Shown here: piece after piece, positions 1 to 12,888 of the stretch
Numbering within the stretch: position 1 is the first letter of the stretch
Layout: each line of letters begins with the position of its first letter
NCBI GenBank assembly: GCA_951406725.2
Contig: OX597821.1
Span: 54,312,001 to 54,376,000, forward strand
Source: Octopus vulgaris
Taxonomy: Eukaryota
Length of the DNA: 64,000 bases
Reading direction: 5' to 3'
Made by a program: the position numbers and the translations under genes
The notes under the pieces: generated by a model
What the model saw: only the letters and a program-made list of their open reading frames with translations
What the model was told of the DNA's origin: nothing
The model's database searches: none

Positions 1-1199
1 GATACAAAAAAAAATGAAATATACTGAAATAAAAATGGCTATAACAAAATATGTACATTTAAAATAGTCTGTATGATGGTGATATATATATATATAATAT
101 ATAATATATATATATACATACATACATACAAATAATAAATATATATATCTAAATATATATATAATTGTGTGTGTGTGTGTGCAAATATGTTAAATATATC
201 TGAACATTGATATGTTTTGTAAATAATATAAAAATAAATGATATCAAACATATTTATAACTCGTTTCAGATATTATTTATCACCTCATAGCTGGCATTAA
301 ACACAAATTGATACATTAGCTGGACAAAAGGTTAACATAATATTTCACACATTGTCATCAACACTTTAAATGAAATATCATTTAACTTTAATCATTTGCA
401 ATAAATATATTTATACATATGCATGTATGCAAATGTATACATACATACACACAGACATGCACATGCACACACACACAAATATACATGAAAAATGTTGTGC
501 ATACAAAAGAAGCTGTCAGGCTCAAAGATCGTAGCTTTTTTTCTTAGCAGAAACATCTCTAGTTTTGGTTAAGTAAGAAGTCGGCAATCTTATGGTTATG
601 GGTTCAGTTCTGCTGCATGTACTCTTTACAGTTAGAACTATCTTCACAAACTAGTATAGTCGTTTGAGTAAAAATAAGTAGCGTGCACATCTGTATGTAG
701 TAAACTTAAACTCAAAGGCAGTTCAATAGTCCTTTCTGGCAAGTGAGCATCCTAATCAAAGGTTATTCTGAATCTTCTAATATAATAATGAGCATAGTGT
801 TTTTATATATCTGTATATATATATATATATATATTTATCTAGAATCACACTGGATGCAGAATGGGAGAGACAATAGTAATTCAGTGAAGGAAAAGTAGTG
901 AGAGTAATATCCCTGACTGAGAGGGAGTGAGAGAAAGTAATAGCAATGAGAGAAAGAAAGGTGTGATAGATGAATAAGGAAGGAAGGGATGAAAAAAGTC
1001 AGCATTTCAACTCTGTGTGAGTACAAGTGTGTATGCAAGTATGTGTACAAGGGAAGTTTGTCAATGTTTGTATGTGTGATTATTTTGTACCTTATTTTAT
1101 ACTTTATTTATATATAAAATACTACAATTAGCCATCATTATTGATGGCACATGGTCAGTTAGTTGTAAATACCAAAGCTAGGATGTCAACTTGAGAGTA

Positions 1200-1585
1200 A
1201 CACTACAAAGGTTCATAGCTTATTATCTATCTCTGTATTCAAACACTTGATGTCATTAGATACAAGGATAAAAAGTGGAAATAACAAGGGACTGGGGGAT
1301 ATGGAAATTTGCTGTACTTGATAAGATGAGTCAAGCTAAGTAAACGCAGTCTTCCACACGTACAGGCTTGTCTTTTAGGTTCCGGTGCCACTTAAAGAGC
1401 ACCTATGCCAGTGTCGCATTGACATGCTCATGTTGGTGCTACATAAACACACCCTTGCTGGTGGAATGTAAAATGCACCCAGCACATTCTGTTAAGTAGT
1501 TAGCATTAGGAAGGGCATCCAGGCATAGAAACCATGTCAGCATAGAAAGAGGACACTAAATAACGATGTTGATGATGATGATGGG
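1200..1585 (+). mobile_element. Degenerate 3' end/tail of RTE-type retroelement (tail family D)
   Basis: Contains the motif GCATTAGGAAGGGCATCCAG..TAGAAACCATG and ends in a degenerate (GAT)n run; the same motif recurs at ~38330, ~58770 and ~62350. Confidence 0.6.
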
Positions 1586-2265
1586 AACCCAAACATAAAT
1601 TGCACTAGCATTCCAGTAAGTTGTACTTCTTGCTTGGAAGGAGTTAGTGGTGATGGAAGAGAGGCATATTAGTGTTATTTGTGCTGATAACAATAACAAC
1701 AACAACAGCAATGGCAAAAACGAAAATGAAAATAATGATGTGGTCAATGGTATGGATAATAATGATGAAAATGATAACAAAAGAGATAGTGTAGATGATG
1801 ATGATGATGATGACAGCAGCACAACAGTAACAATGATAATGATGAGGTACACAAGATTTTTTATTGGGATGGAATATACATTTGCTGGGAATGGTTTTAT
1901 AAAAAAAATTATTATTTTGTAATGTTTAACACCTAAGACTATGAGTGAAATTGAGAGAGAGAGGTGGAGAGAGAAAAAGAGAGAGAATCAAAGAGAAACA
2001 CAAACACACAAACGGAGAGAGAGAGAGGGAGAGAGACAAACAAGAGAGAGACAAACAAGAGAGAGGAAAGAAAGAAAGAGAATTGTGTGAGTGTATACAC
2101 TATTGGATTTATTAACTCTAGTACTACATTGTAGTTTATCATAAAATAGGTAAAAAAAAATATTAGAAAAACATTTAAAATTTTCTAAATTGCAAAATCT
2201 AAAGTCAGTAATAATTGACCCATACAGTAAATGTGGTACTTAGTAGGCATTCACTCTTTAGGTGG

Positions 2266-2735
2266 CACCAGTCTTGGTGGCCTAAAACTTCCATCATGCC
2301 CCTTTCATTGGAGGCCTTAAAACTCTCTTCATTTCACTCGTCTTGGTAGCCCTAAAACTCCTTTCCTGCAACTAATCTTGGCAGCCCTAAAAGTTTCTTT
2401 CTGTCACTAATCTTGATGGTCCTAAACTTACCTTATGCTACTAGACTTGGAGGCCCTGTAACTTCCTTCCTCCCACCAGTCTTGGAATCCTTAAAACTCC
2501 CTTCATGTCACCAGACATGGAGGCCCTAAAGCTCTCTTTATACCACTAATCTTGTCAGTCCCAAAATACTCTTCCTACCATCAGTCTTTTAGGCTCCAAA
2601 ACTCCCTTCATTCAACCAAAAAAATCACTTGTCAGTTTTAAAAATCACTTAATGCTAACAATCTTGAAAGCCCTCAAACACCCTTCATCCTACCAATCTT
2701 GGATGCTCTAAAACTCCCTTCATCTCACCAACTTG
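2266..2735. repeat. Diverged 35-bp minisatellite, ~13 units
   Basis: Units align to approx. consensus CACCAGTCTTGGAGGCCCTAAAACTCCCTTCATGC; most units are 34-35 bp, with one disrupted unit near 2615-2655. Confidence 0.9.
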
Positions 2736-3404
2736 CATTTAGCATTCAAATATATAAATGAGTTTCATTTACAGGACACTGTCAGTAACACCAAAAATTA
2801 CTAATCATCAATTGAAAACTGAACAATGAACCAAGGATGTGCTACCAAAATCAAACCTGTGTCAAGATTGTGGGCTGATAGTCTTCATGAATGCTGATCA
2901 GATTGACACAACTGATGGAATGGAAGAAGGGAGGGCATCTGTCATCCCAATGTGAGTACAAATTGTAATTGATATATCTTGATTATGATGATGATGAAGG
3001 TGATATTGGTGGCTGAAAGGAAGTTTGTAATGATAATGATGATGATGATGATGATGTTCCATATGCAGTAACATCACAGATTTGTAATAAGCAGATATAG
3101 AATCACGGGGTCCAAACTTTTTAGGGATACTAACCAATCAATTTCTGCTGTTATATCATCAGCTTTACAGATAAAATTTAGAACTTTTTATTAACCCTGT
3201 GATTTATACATGGATCAGTGGAGGCAAAAAGCCATCCAAAAACATAGTGATGGGTTGGTAAAAAACAATTTTTGTTGTACTTTGGTGGGGTGGGTAGAGA
3301 AGTGCCCACATTTTTGTCTTTGCGCTTTCTATGGTACACAAAACATTGAAGCCAAATCAAAAATAATTCTATAGCGTGGCAGTAATGAAGAACTTTACCA
3401 TTTA

Positions 3405-3580
3405 TCATTATAATTACTAATCATCATCCTCATCATCCTCATCATCATCCTAATTATTATCATTGCCATTATTATCGTCTTGACCATAATTATCATCATC
3501 ATTATTGATATCGTCATCATCATCATCATCATAATCACTGCAATAATGATGATGACCACCATCGTTATCATCACTATCAG
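3405..3580. repeat. (CAT/ATT)n-type trinucleotide low-complexity tract
   Basis: Directly visible; produces the poly-Ile/Met pseudo-ORFs in the track. Confidence 0.85.
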
Positions 3581-3984
3581 AAGCAGCAACAGTACTACTT
3601 TCCCTATTAACCATCGTTCATTTTCAACCTTCTCCCCCCATTGCCTCTTTAAAATGTATTCCTCATCAATCAGGCCACCCATATTTCATCTGCCTATAAA
3701 TCCTGCTCTCCCACATGGTAAAACACAGCAAGCAATCCCCTAAAATTATGTGTCATTAAAGATTTCTAAAACTGGTTTTATATGGCTTCAGATTTCATTA
3801 TCTGTTTTGGAATTATCTGGGAAATTTCTTGGAGGAGATTAATTTAAAACAGCAAGAACAACAAAAGCAACAAAGTTTTGCAATGCTTAATAACTAAATA
3901 AAAATGGTGCTGATTTTAGAATGATAGCTGGAAGAGTCCATTATATGTAGGAGTTGAATGGTTTCTGATATCAGATTTCCAAAA

Positions 3985-4450
3985 TTACAAGGACCACAGT
4001 TGTTGTAATTAACCAAAGATACTCCATCCAAGACCATTTTTTCTTTTCCTATATGTAGGATAACCAGTATTACATTCTCCAGTGCTTCGTTTTTTTAAGT
4101 GTGATTTATTGGAGATATGGCTGCTATTTCTAGCAGTTTGATGACCATATTTTGATTCTGTTCTAGAAGAAATGAATATATTAGGTGTTGAAGTGGTGTA
4201 GGTAGTTTAAAGAAGCAGAAAATAATGATATATATAGAGAAGAGAGAGAACTACTGGTGTTGATGTTGTTGCATAGCCGCAGGTCAGCTCTTATTAAGCA
4301 AACCTGTGATCAATGGCATTCTGACTATGACCACCCTGTCTTTATGCCATGTGCAGAGAACCAGAGGGACACATTTTTCAACAGGTCAATTTTTTTTTCT
4401 ACAATGGTGATTTCAGGGAAATTTGGCTGCTGTTTCTAACATGTGTAACA
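3985..4450 (-). mobile_element. Two old copies of a SINE-like repeat (family E)
   Basis: Shared motifs ATGATCAAAGGCATTCCAGCCATGACC-like and GATTTGGCTGCTATTTCTAGCAG-like, with a (GTT)n end. Related pieces at ~5575-5650, ~5955-6105, ~8405-8590 and ~15500-15700. Confidence 0.5.
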
Positions 4451-4696
4451 ATATATGGCAGAAATGTCAAGCTCATTTCACATTGTAAGCCGAACTGAAA
4501 CATAAACTTGATTCCATGGGCCAGATAGGGGCAATTATTCCTAAAAACCCTATTGTTGGTGAAATTAATTAGATAAAGGGGTTAGTATATACTGTAAGCT
4601 CACTGGCTATTTATGACACCAGCACCCATTCTGGTATTTCTTCTATATATTGCTGGTGGGAAGATGAATCACTGCTATCGCTAGTGGTCAAATGTC

Positions 4697-4735
4697 TATC
4701 ACTGATGAGACCTAGGAAGGTCAAAATCCTGTGAC
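4697..4735 (+). ncRNA. Degenerate hammerhead-ribozyme-like motif
   Basis: CTGATGA (4702-4708), stem II GACC-TAGGAA-GGTC, then AAAA instead of GAAA (compatible with CpG decay of CGAAA). Enclosed by the inverted repeat TATCGCTAGTGG/CCACTAGTGATA. Confidence 0.35.
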
Positions 4736-5339
4736 CTGATGATCTCAGTGCTGGAGATGATGAGGACTAATCTCCCCACTAGTGATATAAACAAGAGTGC
4801 AATTTGCACCAAAGGCTAAAATGAGAGTTTCTCTCAAGGTATCTATTACAGTACAGTTTGTTATAACATAGGGGTGTGGAAAACCCTACTCTTGGCACAA
4901 TTGCACCCGCGAGCCCATTTTATTGTGCCTGGAGGATGTTATACTTATATGTACAAAACATAGTAAATTTTTCAATTTTAAAATTTATACAGTATTTGTA
5001 TGCCTATTTGCGACATAGGTCATGTTTCCACTATGACTTAAAATGGTTAGACTTGAACAGAAAATTTTCCAGTAATTGCCATTTGAATGGAAATTTTGTT
5101 TTCACTATAAAACACATATTGCTAGGTTTGTACCACCCCCTTGAAACCCAACTACACTCCAGCTGAAAAATAAGTAATATAAATGTCCTAAATTCAGTGG
5201 CAGTGTTAATGAAGATGTTATGTGTCAAATTAGTGTGATAAATTTATCTTTATTAATGTATATCGAATTAAGAACTTGTGATTTAACCATGGACGTTTAT
5301 CTTTGGAAATCTTTGCCTGCCACACTAAAAAGCTTCCCC

Positions 5340-5560
5340 ACCCCTGTTCTATCAGAACATCCATGTTTAAGTGAGGGTATATATTACCTCTCTATATTCT
5401 ATAACAACTATATTCACAATAAAGGGAAGAATTTGAGGTATTAGCAACATTTGCAAGCAGAAATACATTGGAAAAACTAAGAATCCAAAATAGAAGAGTA
5501 GGGATAAAAATTGTCCTGATGAAGACATGCAGTTCCTGAAAATAAATCAATACTTGATAG
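5340..5560 (+). mobile_element. Possible very degenerate Penelope-like GIY-YIG remnant
   Basis: Translation SNICKQKYIGKTKN resembles the C..C..YIG.T motif; followed by CTGATGA...GAAA at 5516-5541. Confidence 0.35.
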
Positions 5561-8500
5561 AATGTTAGCAATGCTATTGTTGTTGTTGTTGTTCAACCCC
5601 AGGTCAAATCTGCTCAAAGTGGTTCAGCCAGATCCATCCAATTTTTTTTTAATCAGTCATCAAGTTTCTAGGAATTTGCTTGAGTTGCAAAAACCTTTCA
5701 ATGTCATTTATATCCCCATAAGCCATTTAGATGAACACAAGCACAAATTTGAAAACCTTTTTTTCATTTGGTTCAATATGTATAGACAAAGTGAAGGGGA
5801 AATATAGCACATCCTTTAGTACATAGATTCATAAGTTTCCTTACCTTTGGTTGAGATAACAACAGTTTCCCTAATATACACTGAGTCTGAATTCATATTA
5901 ATGATACATAGTTTACAGATTTTTTTTTATTAAAAAAATAATTTTTTAATAAAATTGAGCCAAGGCCAAACTAAACTTTGTTGAGAGCCATATCTTTAAC
6001 AAACCTCACATAGATATTACCTTCTAGATATAAAAATCACAATTTATTTTCAGATAAGACAGTTATGAAAGATTTAGTAGCTATTTCCTGTACATCAAGT
6101 AACTGGTCAGGGTGGTAGTGGAAGGTAATGATAAAAAGTAACTGCATCAAAGAAAATCTTACCAACAACAGTAGCAGTTGCGGTGGTGGTGGTGGTAGCA
6201 GTAGTGGTAGTAGTAGTAGTAGTAGTAGTAGTAGCAGACAGAAGAGGAGCAGCAGCAGTAAAACCTTAAAGCCGATGTAAATGAAGTAGAATTAAGTTAC
6301 TTCTGTTGTTTAAAACTAAAGTGATACAATTAATTCTCTAATTTAATTCTCATACAATTTCCTGTTTAATCTCTAGCTTAAAACCAAAGTAACACTCTGG
6401 GATCAAATCTTAACACCAATCAACTAAGCATCTATTGAAGCATTAATTTTAATTCAGAATTATTAACTATCTCAACCAATAGTCTCACAAAATTACTTTC
6501 AACCTTTCAATTATAAGTGAAGATTCGTAAGATTTCTAATAAATATTCTCTTTATATTCAGTTTAGATATTCATCCAGCAGTCTCACACACTGCTGTTGA
6601 CATGATGGTAGTCCTACACAGGCTGAGCCAGAAAGCTCAAAGTTTCTGTCATCAAATACAATATATATTTTATGATCATCACTACTAGGTATCATGTCTA
6701 ATGTCAGCAGATTCAGTTGCATGGCTCACCATCTTAATCTTTCTCGTGCTGTCATTACACAGTCATAGTATTCTAACACTTTAACTGTAAAATTAAATTT
6801 CATATTATTCCAGTAATGATTTTAAATATCTACTAAAAATATAACTGGCATTAGTCACTTCTCTCACTAAATTTGATATTTCTAAAAAAAAAAATAGTTT
6901 CAAACATGACATCCCTCAACAAAAGATAGATAAGTAACTTCTTTTGATGGTTAAGGTTAAGGATATTTTGAGTCAATACATCTGATTTCCACAGTAAAAT
7001 TGTTAGGTGTTTAGTTCCTGGTATCATCTAACCATTATTTATAATTCATGTTTTTTACCTCTTCTTCTCTTCTTCATTTTGCCTTTGACAAACTGTCTCA
7101 GTAAAACTAATTTTCCTAATTCTAATTTTCTAATTATGGGAACAGATTGGCTGGATTCAAATTTTAGTTTCAAATCCTATAAAAAAAACATACACAGAAG
7201 AGAAATAAATTTTAAAACAGTAATAACAATTACTGTAAAATAAAAAGAGAGAAAAGTCAAGAAGAACTGTGCCAGAAACAGAGAAAAACGTTGGAGGGGA
7301 AGAATAAGCAATGGTGAAAGGAGAATAATTGCCTAGCAATATATTTCGTTTGGCAGATTTTTAGGAGTGGTGAAACAGAGGTTTTCCTTATTCATCCACT
7401 AATCAACAGCTTATTACTATATAATGTATTGGTTCCAACATAGCCAAATGATACAGCTGCATCCCAAATTATTGCCACTTTTTCTCTTATTTGCTTTTTG
7501 TTTGACTTTTCGAGTGGCTTTATAGACTGGTGAGGAAGGAGCAGGAAAAAAATTTTTAAGAAGCTCTTATTGAAAAACTAGTCTGAATTCTTGCAACAGA
7601 ATGAATTCTGCTACATGAAGCCAAAGATCAGAGTGGAGTTTAAACCTAAGTTTCACAATAATCTACAACCCATATTTTTGTCTTTCGAAGTTGTAGTCTA
7701 AATATAGCAAAAATTGGAAATGGTATTTTGTTACAGACAAAATCACTCATTGTTAATGAGAGCATTAAAAACGAAATGTTAATTTTGTGATGGAAAGTTT
7801 TTTTTAAATATTTCCATGGAATTCTTTTTCTTTGAACTTTAGATTAAATTGCCTAAAAATATGGTATTTCATTTTAGTTGGTTATGGATTATCAGGCTGA
7901 ACGAAAATTGACATATTATTTGCAATGAATAGTTATTCTGTAGAAATAATAGGTAATTTTTACATCTGGAAATTAAAAGTTTGGGGAAGAAAAAATTGTT
8001 TCCTAATACTGTAGTACAGAACATATTATTTGTAGAGCTAGAGACATGTAGAATTCATTGAGTATAGACTACATGTTATTTGGAGAATTCCAGACATGTA
8101 AAATATGTCCTTTGTACACTAAATGTATGACATACTGTTAAAATTAATTAAAAGATTGAATTTCAACATTGAATTACATTTAAGATAACTAGAAAAAGGA
8201 AGGTTTTGTTTTTTTTTGTTTTTTGATGAGCTTTTTTTTTCTTTTTTTAATGGAAGTGTAAAGTTTTTCATTAACCATTCCATAAAGGGCATGGGAGCAA
8301 AACAAAATCAGATGGAGTATAAAACAGAATAAAAATTCAATTATTGTTTCTGGTTAACTTTGTTAGTTGATTGATTTTTCTGAAAGACTAGAATAATTGA
8401 ATGTTAGTTGATGTTTAACCCCAAGCGAACCGTAGGAAACTAAACCAATGATCAAAAGCATTCCAACCATTGTTACTGCATCATTTTAGGTGTATGCATT

Positions 8501-8779
8501 ACACTACATTATGTAATAAGATTTTTTCTTTATTTATGAGCTTGGAGAGATAATTAGCTGCTACTTCCAACAGAGGCCGTGACCTAGATGTAGACAGATG
8601 ACTGTAAAATGCTTAGTGAATAAGGTAATTAAAAGGGTTTACAGTGCTTGACAGCAATTTTCAGAAATATATATTTTAAATTCTTCTACTGCTTTTGGCA
8701 ATTTATCAGAAAATTAATTCATCAATCATTATATATCAAATAGCTAGGTCCTCCTTAGACATTAAGTTCAGTTTCACAT

Positions 8780-9003
8780 ATCCCTTGCCGTAAAGGGATG
8801 TAAGATTGTTCCCTCATCAATCATAATGCACACCACATAATCATGTGACCAACCAAACTATCAGGTACTGTTACACATCACTGACCATAATGCGATTTGC
8901 ATTGTTTTAGCCATCAAATGATGCACCCCGCTGGCTAGGCAAGCAGGCTATCACTTACCCTTAATCAAAAGGGGACTGGAGCAACGTGCAATGAAGTATT
9001 TTG
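8780..9003 (-). mobile_element. Fragment of another SINE
   Basis: ACTGGAGCAACGTGCAATGAAGTATTTTGC resembles the reverse complement of a common SINE central-domain segment. Confidence 0.4.
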
Positions 9004-9292
9004 CAAGTGTCTTCTATGATAGCCTTGGGCTAACCAAGTGGGTTTGGCTAATCAAAACTGAAAATCGCCGTGTGTGTGTTTGAGTCTGTGTTTGTCCCCC
9101 ACTGCTTCTTGACAACCAGTCTTGGTGCGTTAACATCCCTGTAGCCTAATGGTTCTGCAAAAGCGACAAATAGAATAAGTACCAAACTTAAAAATAAAAC
9201 AAGTACTAGGATTGATTCATTTGACTAAAATTTCTTATGGGTGCTGCTCCAGCATGGCTGCAATCTAATGTCAGAAGCAGTAAAAAATAAAA
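9003..9292 (+). mobile_element. 5'-truncated, diverged SINE family A
   Basis: Colinear with the full copy at 37288-37694: GCAAGTGTCTTCT, TTTGTCCCCC, AGAATAAGTAC, CTCCAGCATGG. Confidence 0.75.
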
Positions 9293-9711
9293 CATATATA
9301 TATATTTACTTCATTTTTGCATTTGGTTTGCAAGATTCTTGATCTGAATTCATGTATTGAAACAAATCTTTTTGTGTTTTGGGAGGTCAATTACACCAAT
9401 AATAATAAACACATGCACTGGTTCAATATCACTTCTTTATTGTTATTTAATCAGTTAAATATCTAACCAACTAACAAATTACCTTAAGTAGCCATTGCAT
9501 TTAGTGGTGTAACACTATTGGATAGAGCAATTTATGTATTAAACACATTCCTGGCAGCTGGTGCATTTATATTAATTTCTCATAGGAACATCATATTTTG
9601 TTTTGCTGTCATAATATACTACTAAGTATATTAAAAGTTTACAAGTAAATGCTGTATCCTACTTTTTATGTTAGCAGAGAAATTAAATAATTTTAAAGCT
9701 ATCTTATTTAT

Positions 9712-9883
9712 AGGTGTAGGAGTGGCTGTGTGGTAAGTAGCTTGCTTACCAACCACATGGTTCCGGGTTCAGTCTCGCTGTGTGGCACCTTGGGCAAGCG
9801 TCTTCTACTATAGCCTCGGGCTGACCAAAGCCTTGTGAGTGGATTTAATAGACGGAAACTGAAAGAAGTATGTCATATATATG

Positions 9884-9922
<39 letters not shown>

Positions 9923-10075
9923 CTTTGTGTGTCTGTATTTGTCCCCCCAACATTGCTTGACAACCTATAGAATAAGTACTAGGCTTACAAAGAATAAGTC
10001 CTAGGGTCAATTTGCTCAACTAAAGGCGGTGCTCCAGCATGGCTGCAGTCAAATGACTGAAACAAGTAAAAGAGT
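9712..10075 (+). mobile_element. SINE family A (tRNA-derived, CORE-like segment; resembles octopus OR-type SINEs), small internal deletion
   Basis: tRNA-like A/B boxes (TGGCTGTGTGGT; GGTTCAGTC), CCTTGGGCAAG segment, internal (TA)(TG)n and a tail ending AAACAAGTAAAAGAGT. Confidence 0.93.
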
Positions 10076-10260
10076 ATCTCTATAGATTTTCTATGGAACA
10101 ATGAGATTGAAGATAGAAAAAAAAATAATGGGTATCCCTACCAATAATTAATATGCATATAACAGCTGCCAGGAATGCATTATATATATAAACTGATCTA
10201 TCCAAATCTGTTATACTACTAAACTTAGTGGCTGATTTTGTATATAGTTAATGGCTAGGA

Positions 10261-10310
10261 TGTGTTGCTGAAGAAGGAGCTATAACTCCTGAAATATGCA
10301 TATACACTCA
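10261..10310 (+). ncRNA. Type-I minimal hammerhead ribozyme (Penelope/retrozyme type), core intact
   Basis: CTGAAGA (10268-74), stem II AGGAG/CTCCT with a 6-nt loop, GAAA (10291-94), palindromic stem III ATATGCATAT, AUA cleavage triplet (after 10304), imperfect stem I TGTGTTG/CACTCA. Confidence 0.7.
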
Positions 10311-10789
10311 TTATTTACTTGCATTGTTTACATAGACATATTCATATACAAAATCTTGTAACTTTCAGTACTGGCTCTAAATTTTATGGTAAATCTGTAG
10401 AGATAACTCAAAAGTGGTATACATGTGTGTGTAGTAGGGTACTTACGTGTGTGTGCGTGTGTGTCTTTGCATGTGTGTGAGCATGTGCATATTTGTATCT
10501 CCTTGTCTAGACATGAAATGATTTTTGTAAATGTATGTCATTCATTTCTAATATCCCGTGGAAACATGTCTGGCTATGAGGAAATAGAACCTTGTTTGGA
10601 AAAATTAGGATTGGTGACAAGAATGGCATCTTGGTGTGGAAAATCTGCCTCAATACATTTTGTCCAATTCATACAAGCATGGAAGAATGGATGCTAAAAT
10701 GATGATATCTACATGAAGGTAGGAGTCCATCAATGTTCAGTTTGCAAGTCTTCTGCTATTTATCATAATTTTATAAGCCATCACAAAAA

Positions 10790-10910
10790 AATTTAAGACT
10801 AGGTATCAATATGGTCTCCTATATGCTGATGATCTAGTTGTTGAAACTGAATCTAAATTCCTAACATGAAAGCTAAACATAGACCTGACTGGGCTTAAGA
10901 TAGACTTTGT
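10790..10910 (+). mobile_element. RTE LINE reverse-transcriptase fragment
   Basis: Translates GLLYADDLVV (YADD motif) followed by a GLK segment as in the copy at 18630. Confidence 0.6.
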
Positions 10911-10974
10911 ATGTGGTATCACACCATGGATTTGCAAGCCTTTTTGTAAGCTACAGTGAGGAGCAAAGCTTTTC

Positions 10975-12030
10975 TTAATTCATGGGACCTACCCCAAAGT
11001 TGAATGGCAGTTATATTGATAGCTGTGTCAATACTATCACCTTCACCAGACAACAGTTCAACAGGTTAATCTCTTTTCTTAACTCTTTCCATTCAAGCTC
11101 ACCTTATCTATATCTAAACAACTCCACTAGTTTTCTCAACATCTATGTTGCTAGCAACAATATCCACCTATCAACCTCTGTCCACAATAATTTTACTGTC
11201 TCACATTTTTATTTTCATTATTTTCCCTCTCCCTCCTAGCAAACTAAATCTGTCATACTATTCTCTCTATTCTTTAGGTTTCACTGACTCAGTAGTATTG
11301 GTTCTGATTTTCATTCTAGCTGTGAGAAAATTCAACATTTCTTCTTGAATCGAGTGTTCCTTTATTAGTTGTGGATCCTGCACACCACCCGGCAATCAAC
11401 CACACCACTACTCTCTTACTCTTTTTACACACAACAAACTACAGATCAGATTCCACCTTCTTTCACCTTTCACCCATCCATCCTGCCATCGAAACACAAA
11501 CTAATTTTGCAACTTCCAAATCCTACCTCACAGGGATTCTGATCTCTCCATACCTTCAAAAGTAATAAGCCTCTCAGCAACCCCCTTGTTAGGAGCCCCA
11601 TAGCCTCCAGTCATACACAACCAGGCACTTTTAAATACACTCATCAATGTTGCAACATTAAAATCATTATAACCATCATCAGGTTAAAGTCACAGTAACA
11701 CATTACCCTAAATTTTAGTTGTGCATCTTACAAGCTTATATTTTGCATTTTCCAAGCTCATATATTGCATCATCTGCAAATCTTATGGTACATTGTAGAT
11801 TGAGAAAACGGGTTGTCACCTTGCCAATTACTTTTGGGAGCACGTTTGAATCACACTATTATATACGCCAGGCAAACTTGTTACCACCCACATCAACACA
11901 ATAGGCCTTTCTATTATCAATGTGCAGTGTCTCTGCTCATCATGGATCTACATACTTAAGGAAATAGCATGAACAGTGTTGCTCACTGAAACTTGGAATC
12001 ATGTCACAAACAATTTTAAATTAATGTTTT
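10975..12030 (+). mobile_element. Penelope-like retroelement fossil (RT thumb + GIY-YIG endonuclease)
   Basis: ORF 10982: YIDSC..ISFLNSFHSS..SFLNI..LSTSV..SHFY resembles the PLE RT C-terminus. Linker LVRS..PGTFK..CCN, then SKLIYCIICKSYGTL*IEKTGCHLANYFWEH (11751-11843), a degenerate GIY-YIG. Stops and frameshifts present. Confidence 0.8.
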
Positions 12031-12486
12031 TCCTTCTTCTCTTACACTTCTACCGAGTTCAGAATCCCGTTCTTATCCTATTGTTCTCTTTTCACTTCAG
12101 TTTTTCTCTCCACTCATCTACGTCTCTTCTTCTTATCATTTCTCTTTCCTTCTCTCTGTCTCTCCCAGTTTTTTCTCTCCTACTATTTCTTGTCAGCAGA
12201 TGAAGCTCACATCTTGCATTCCTCATCAGCTACAGCCAATTTTTCAAACAGAAATAATGTAAATACTCTGCTGTCTGTATTCTATTCCCCGTCTGTCATA
12301 TTTATTTTGAAGGAGGACTCCATCTAAAATGTTGGATACTCCACTCAGCATAGCTATCTCACTTTGCTTTTTCTGTCACATTTTTTATTCAAATAATACA
12401 AGCTCTATTGTCACTGACTATCAATATACTCCTTAGATTTTGTTTCTCTCTCTCTCTCTCTCTTTCTCTTTGTATATATGTATACA

Positions 12487-12888
12487 CTTTTACTCTTTTA
12501 TTTGTTTCAGTCATTTGACTCTGGTCATGCTGGAGCACGGCCTTTAGTCAAGCAAATCGACCCCAGGACTTATTCTTTGTAAGCCTAGTACTTATTGTTT
12601 CGGTCTCTTTTTGCCGAACCGCTAACTTACGGGGATGTAAACACACCAGCATCGGTTGTCAAGCGATGTTGGGGGACAAACACAAACACACAAACATATA
12701 TACACACACACATATATACATATATATGACGGGCTTCTTTCACTTTCTGTCTACCAAATCCACTCACAAGGCTTTGGTCGGGCCGAAGCTACAGTAGAAG
12801 ACACTTGCATAAGGTGCCAAGCAGTGAGACAACCCGGAACCATGTGGTTGGTAAGCAATCTACTTACCACACAGCCACTCCTATGCCT
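12487..12888 (-). mobile_element. SINE family A, full length
   Basis: Reverse complement of the family A sequence over its whole length. Confidence 0.95.

Larger units (their letters stand above)
9310..10370. repeat. Diverged fold-back (inverted repeat) with a SINE inserted in the spacer
   Basis: 9490-9600 aligns with the reverse complement of 10121-10233 (shared CATTCCTGGCAGCTG, TTGGATAGA, ATATTAATT); weaker similarity extends outward. Confidence 0.7.

Noticed and set aside
205-260. miR-190-like sequence (ATATGTTTGATAT on the minus strand)
   Set aside because: The seed position differs and the region is extremely AT-rich; a chance match is likely.
2266-2735. 35-bp periodic array as a CRISPR
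   Set aside because: Units are contiguous with no unique spacers, there are no cas genes, and the context is eukaryotic.
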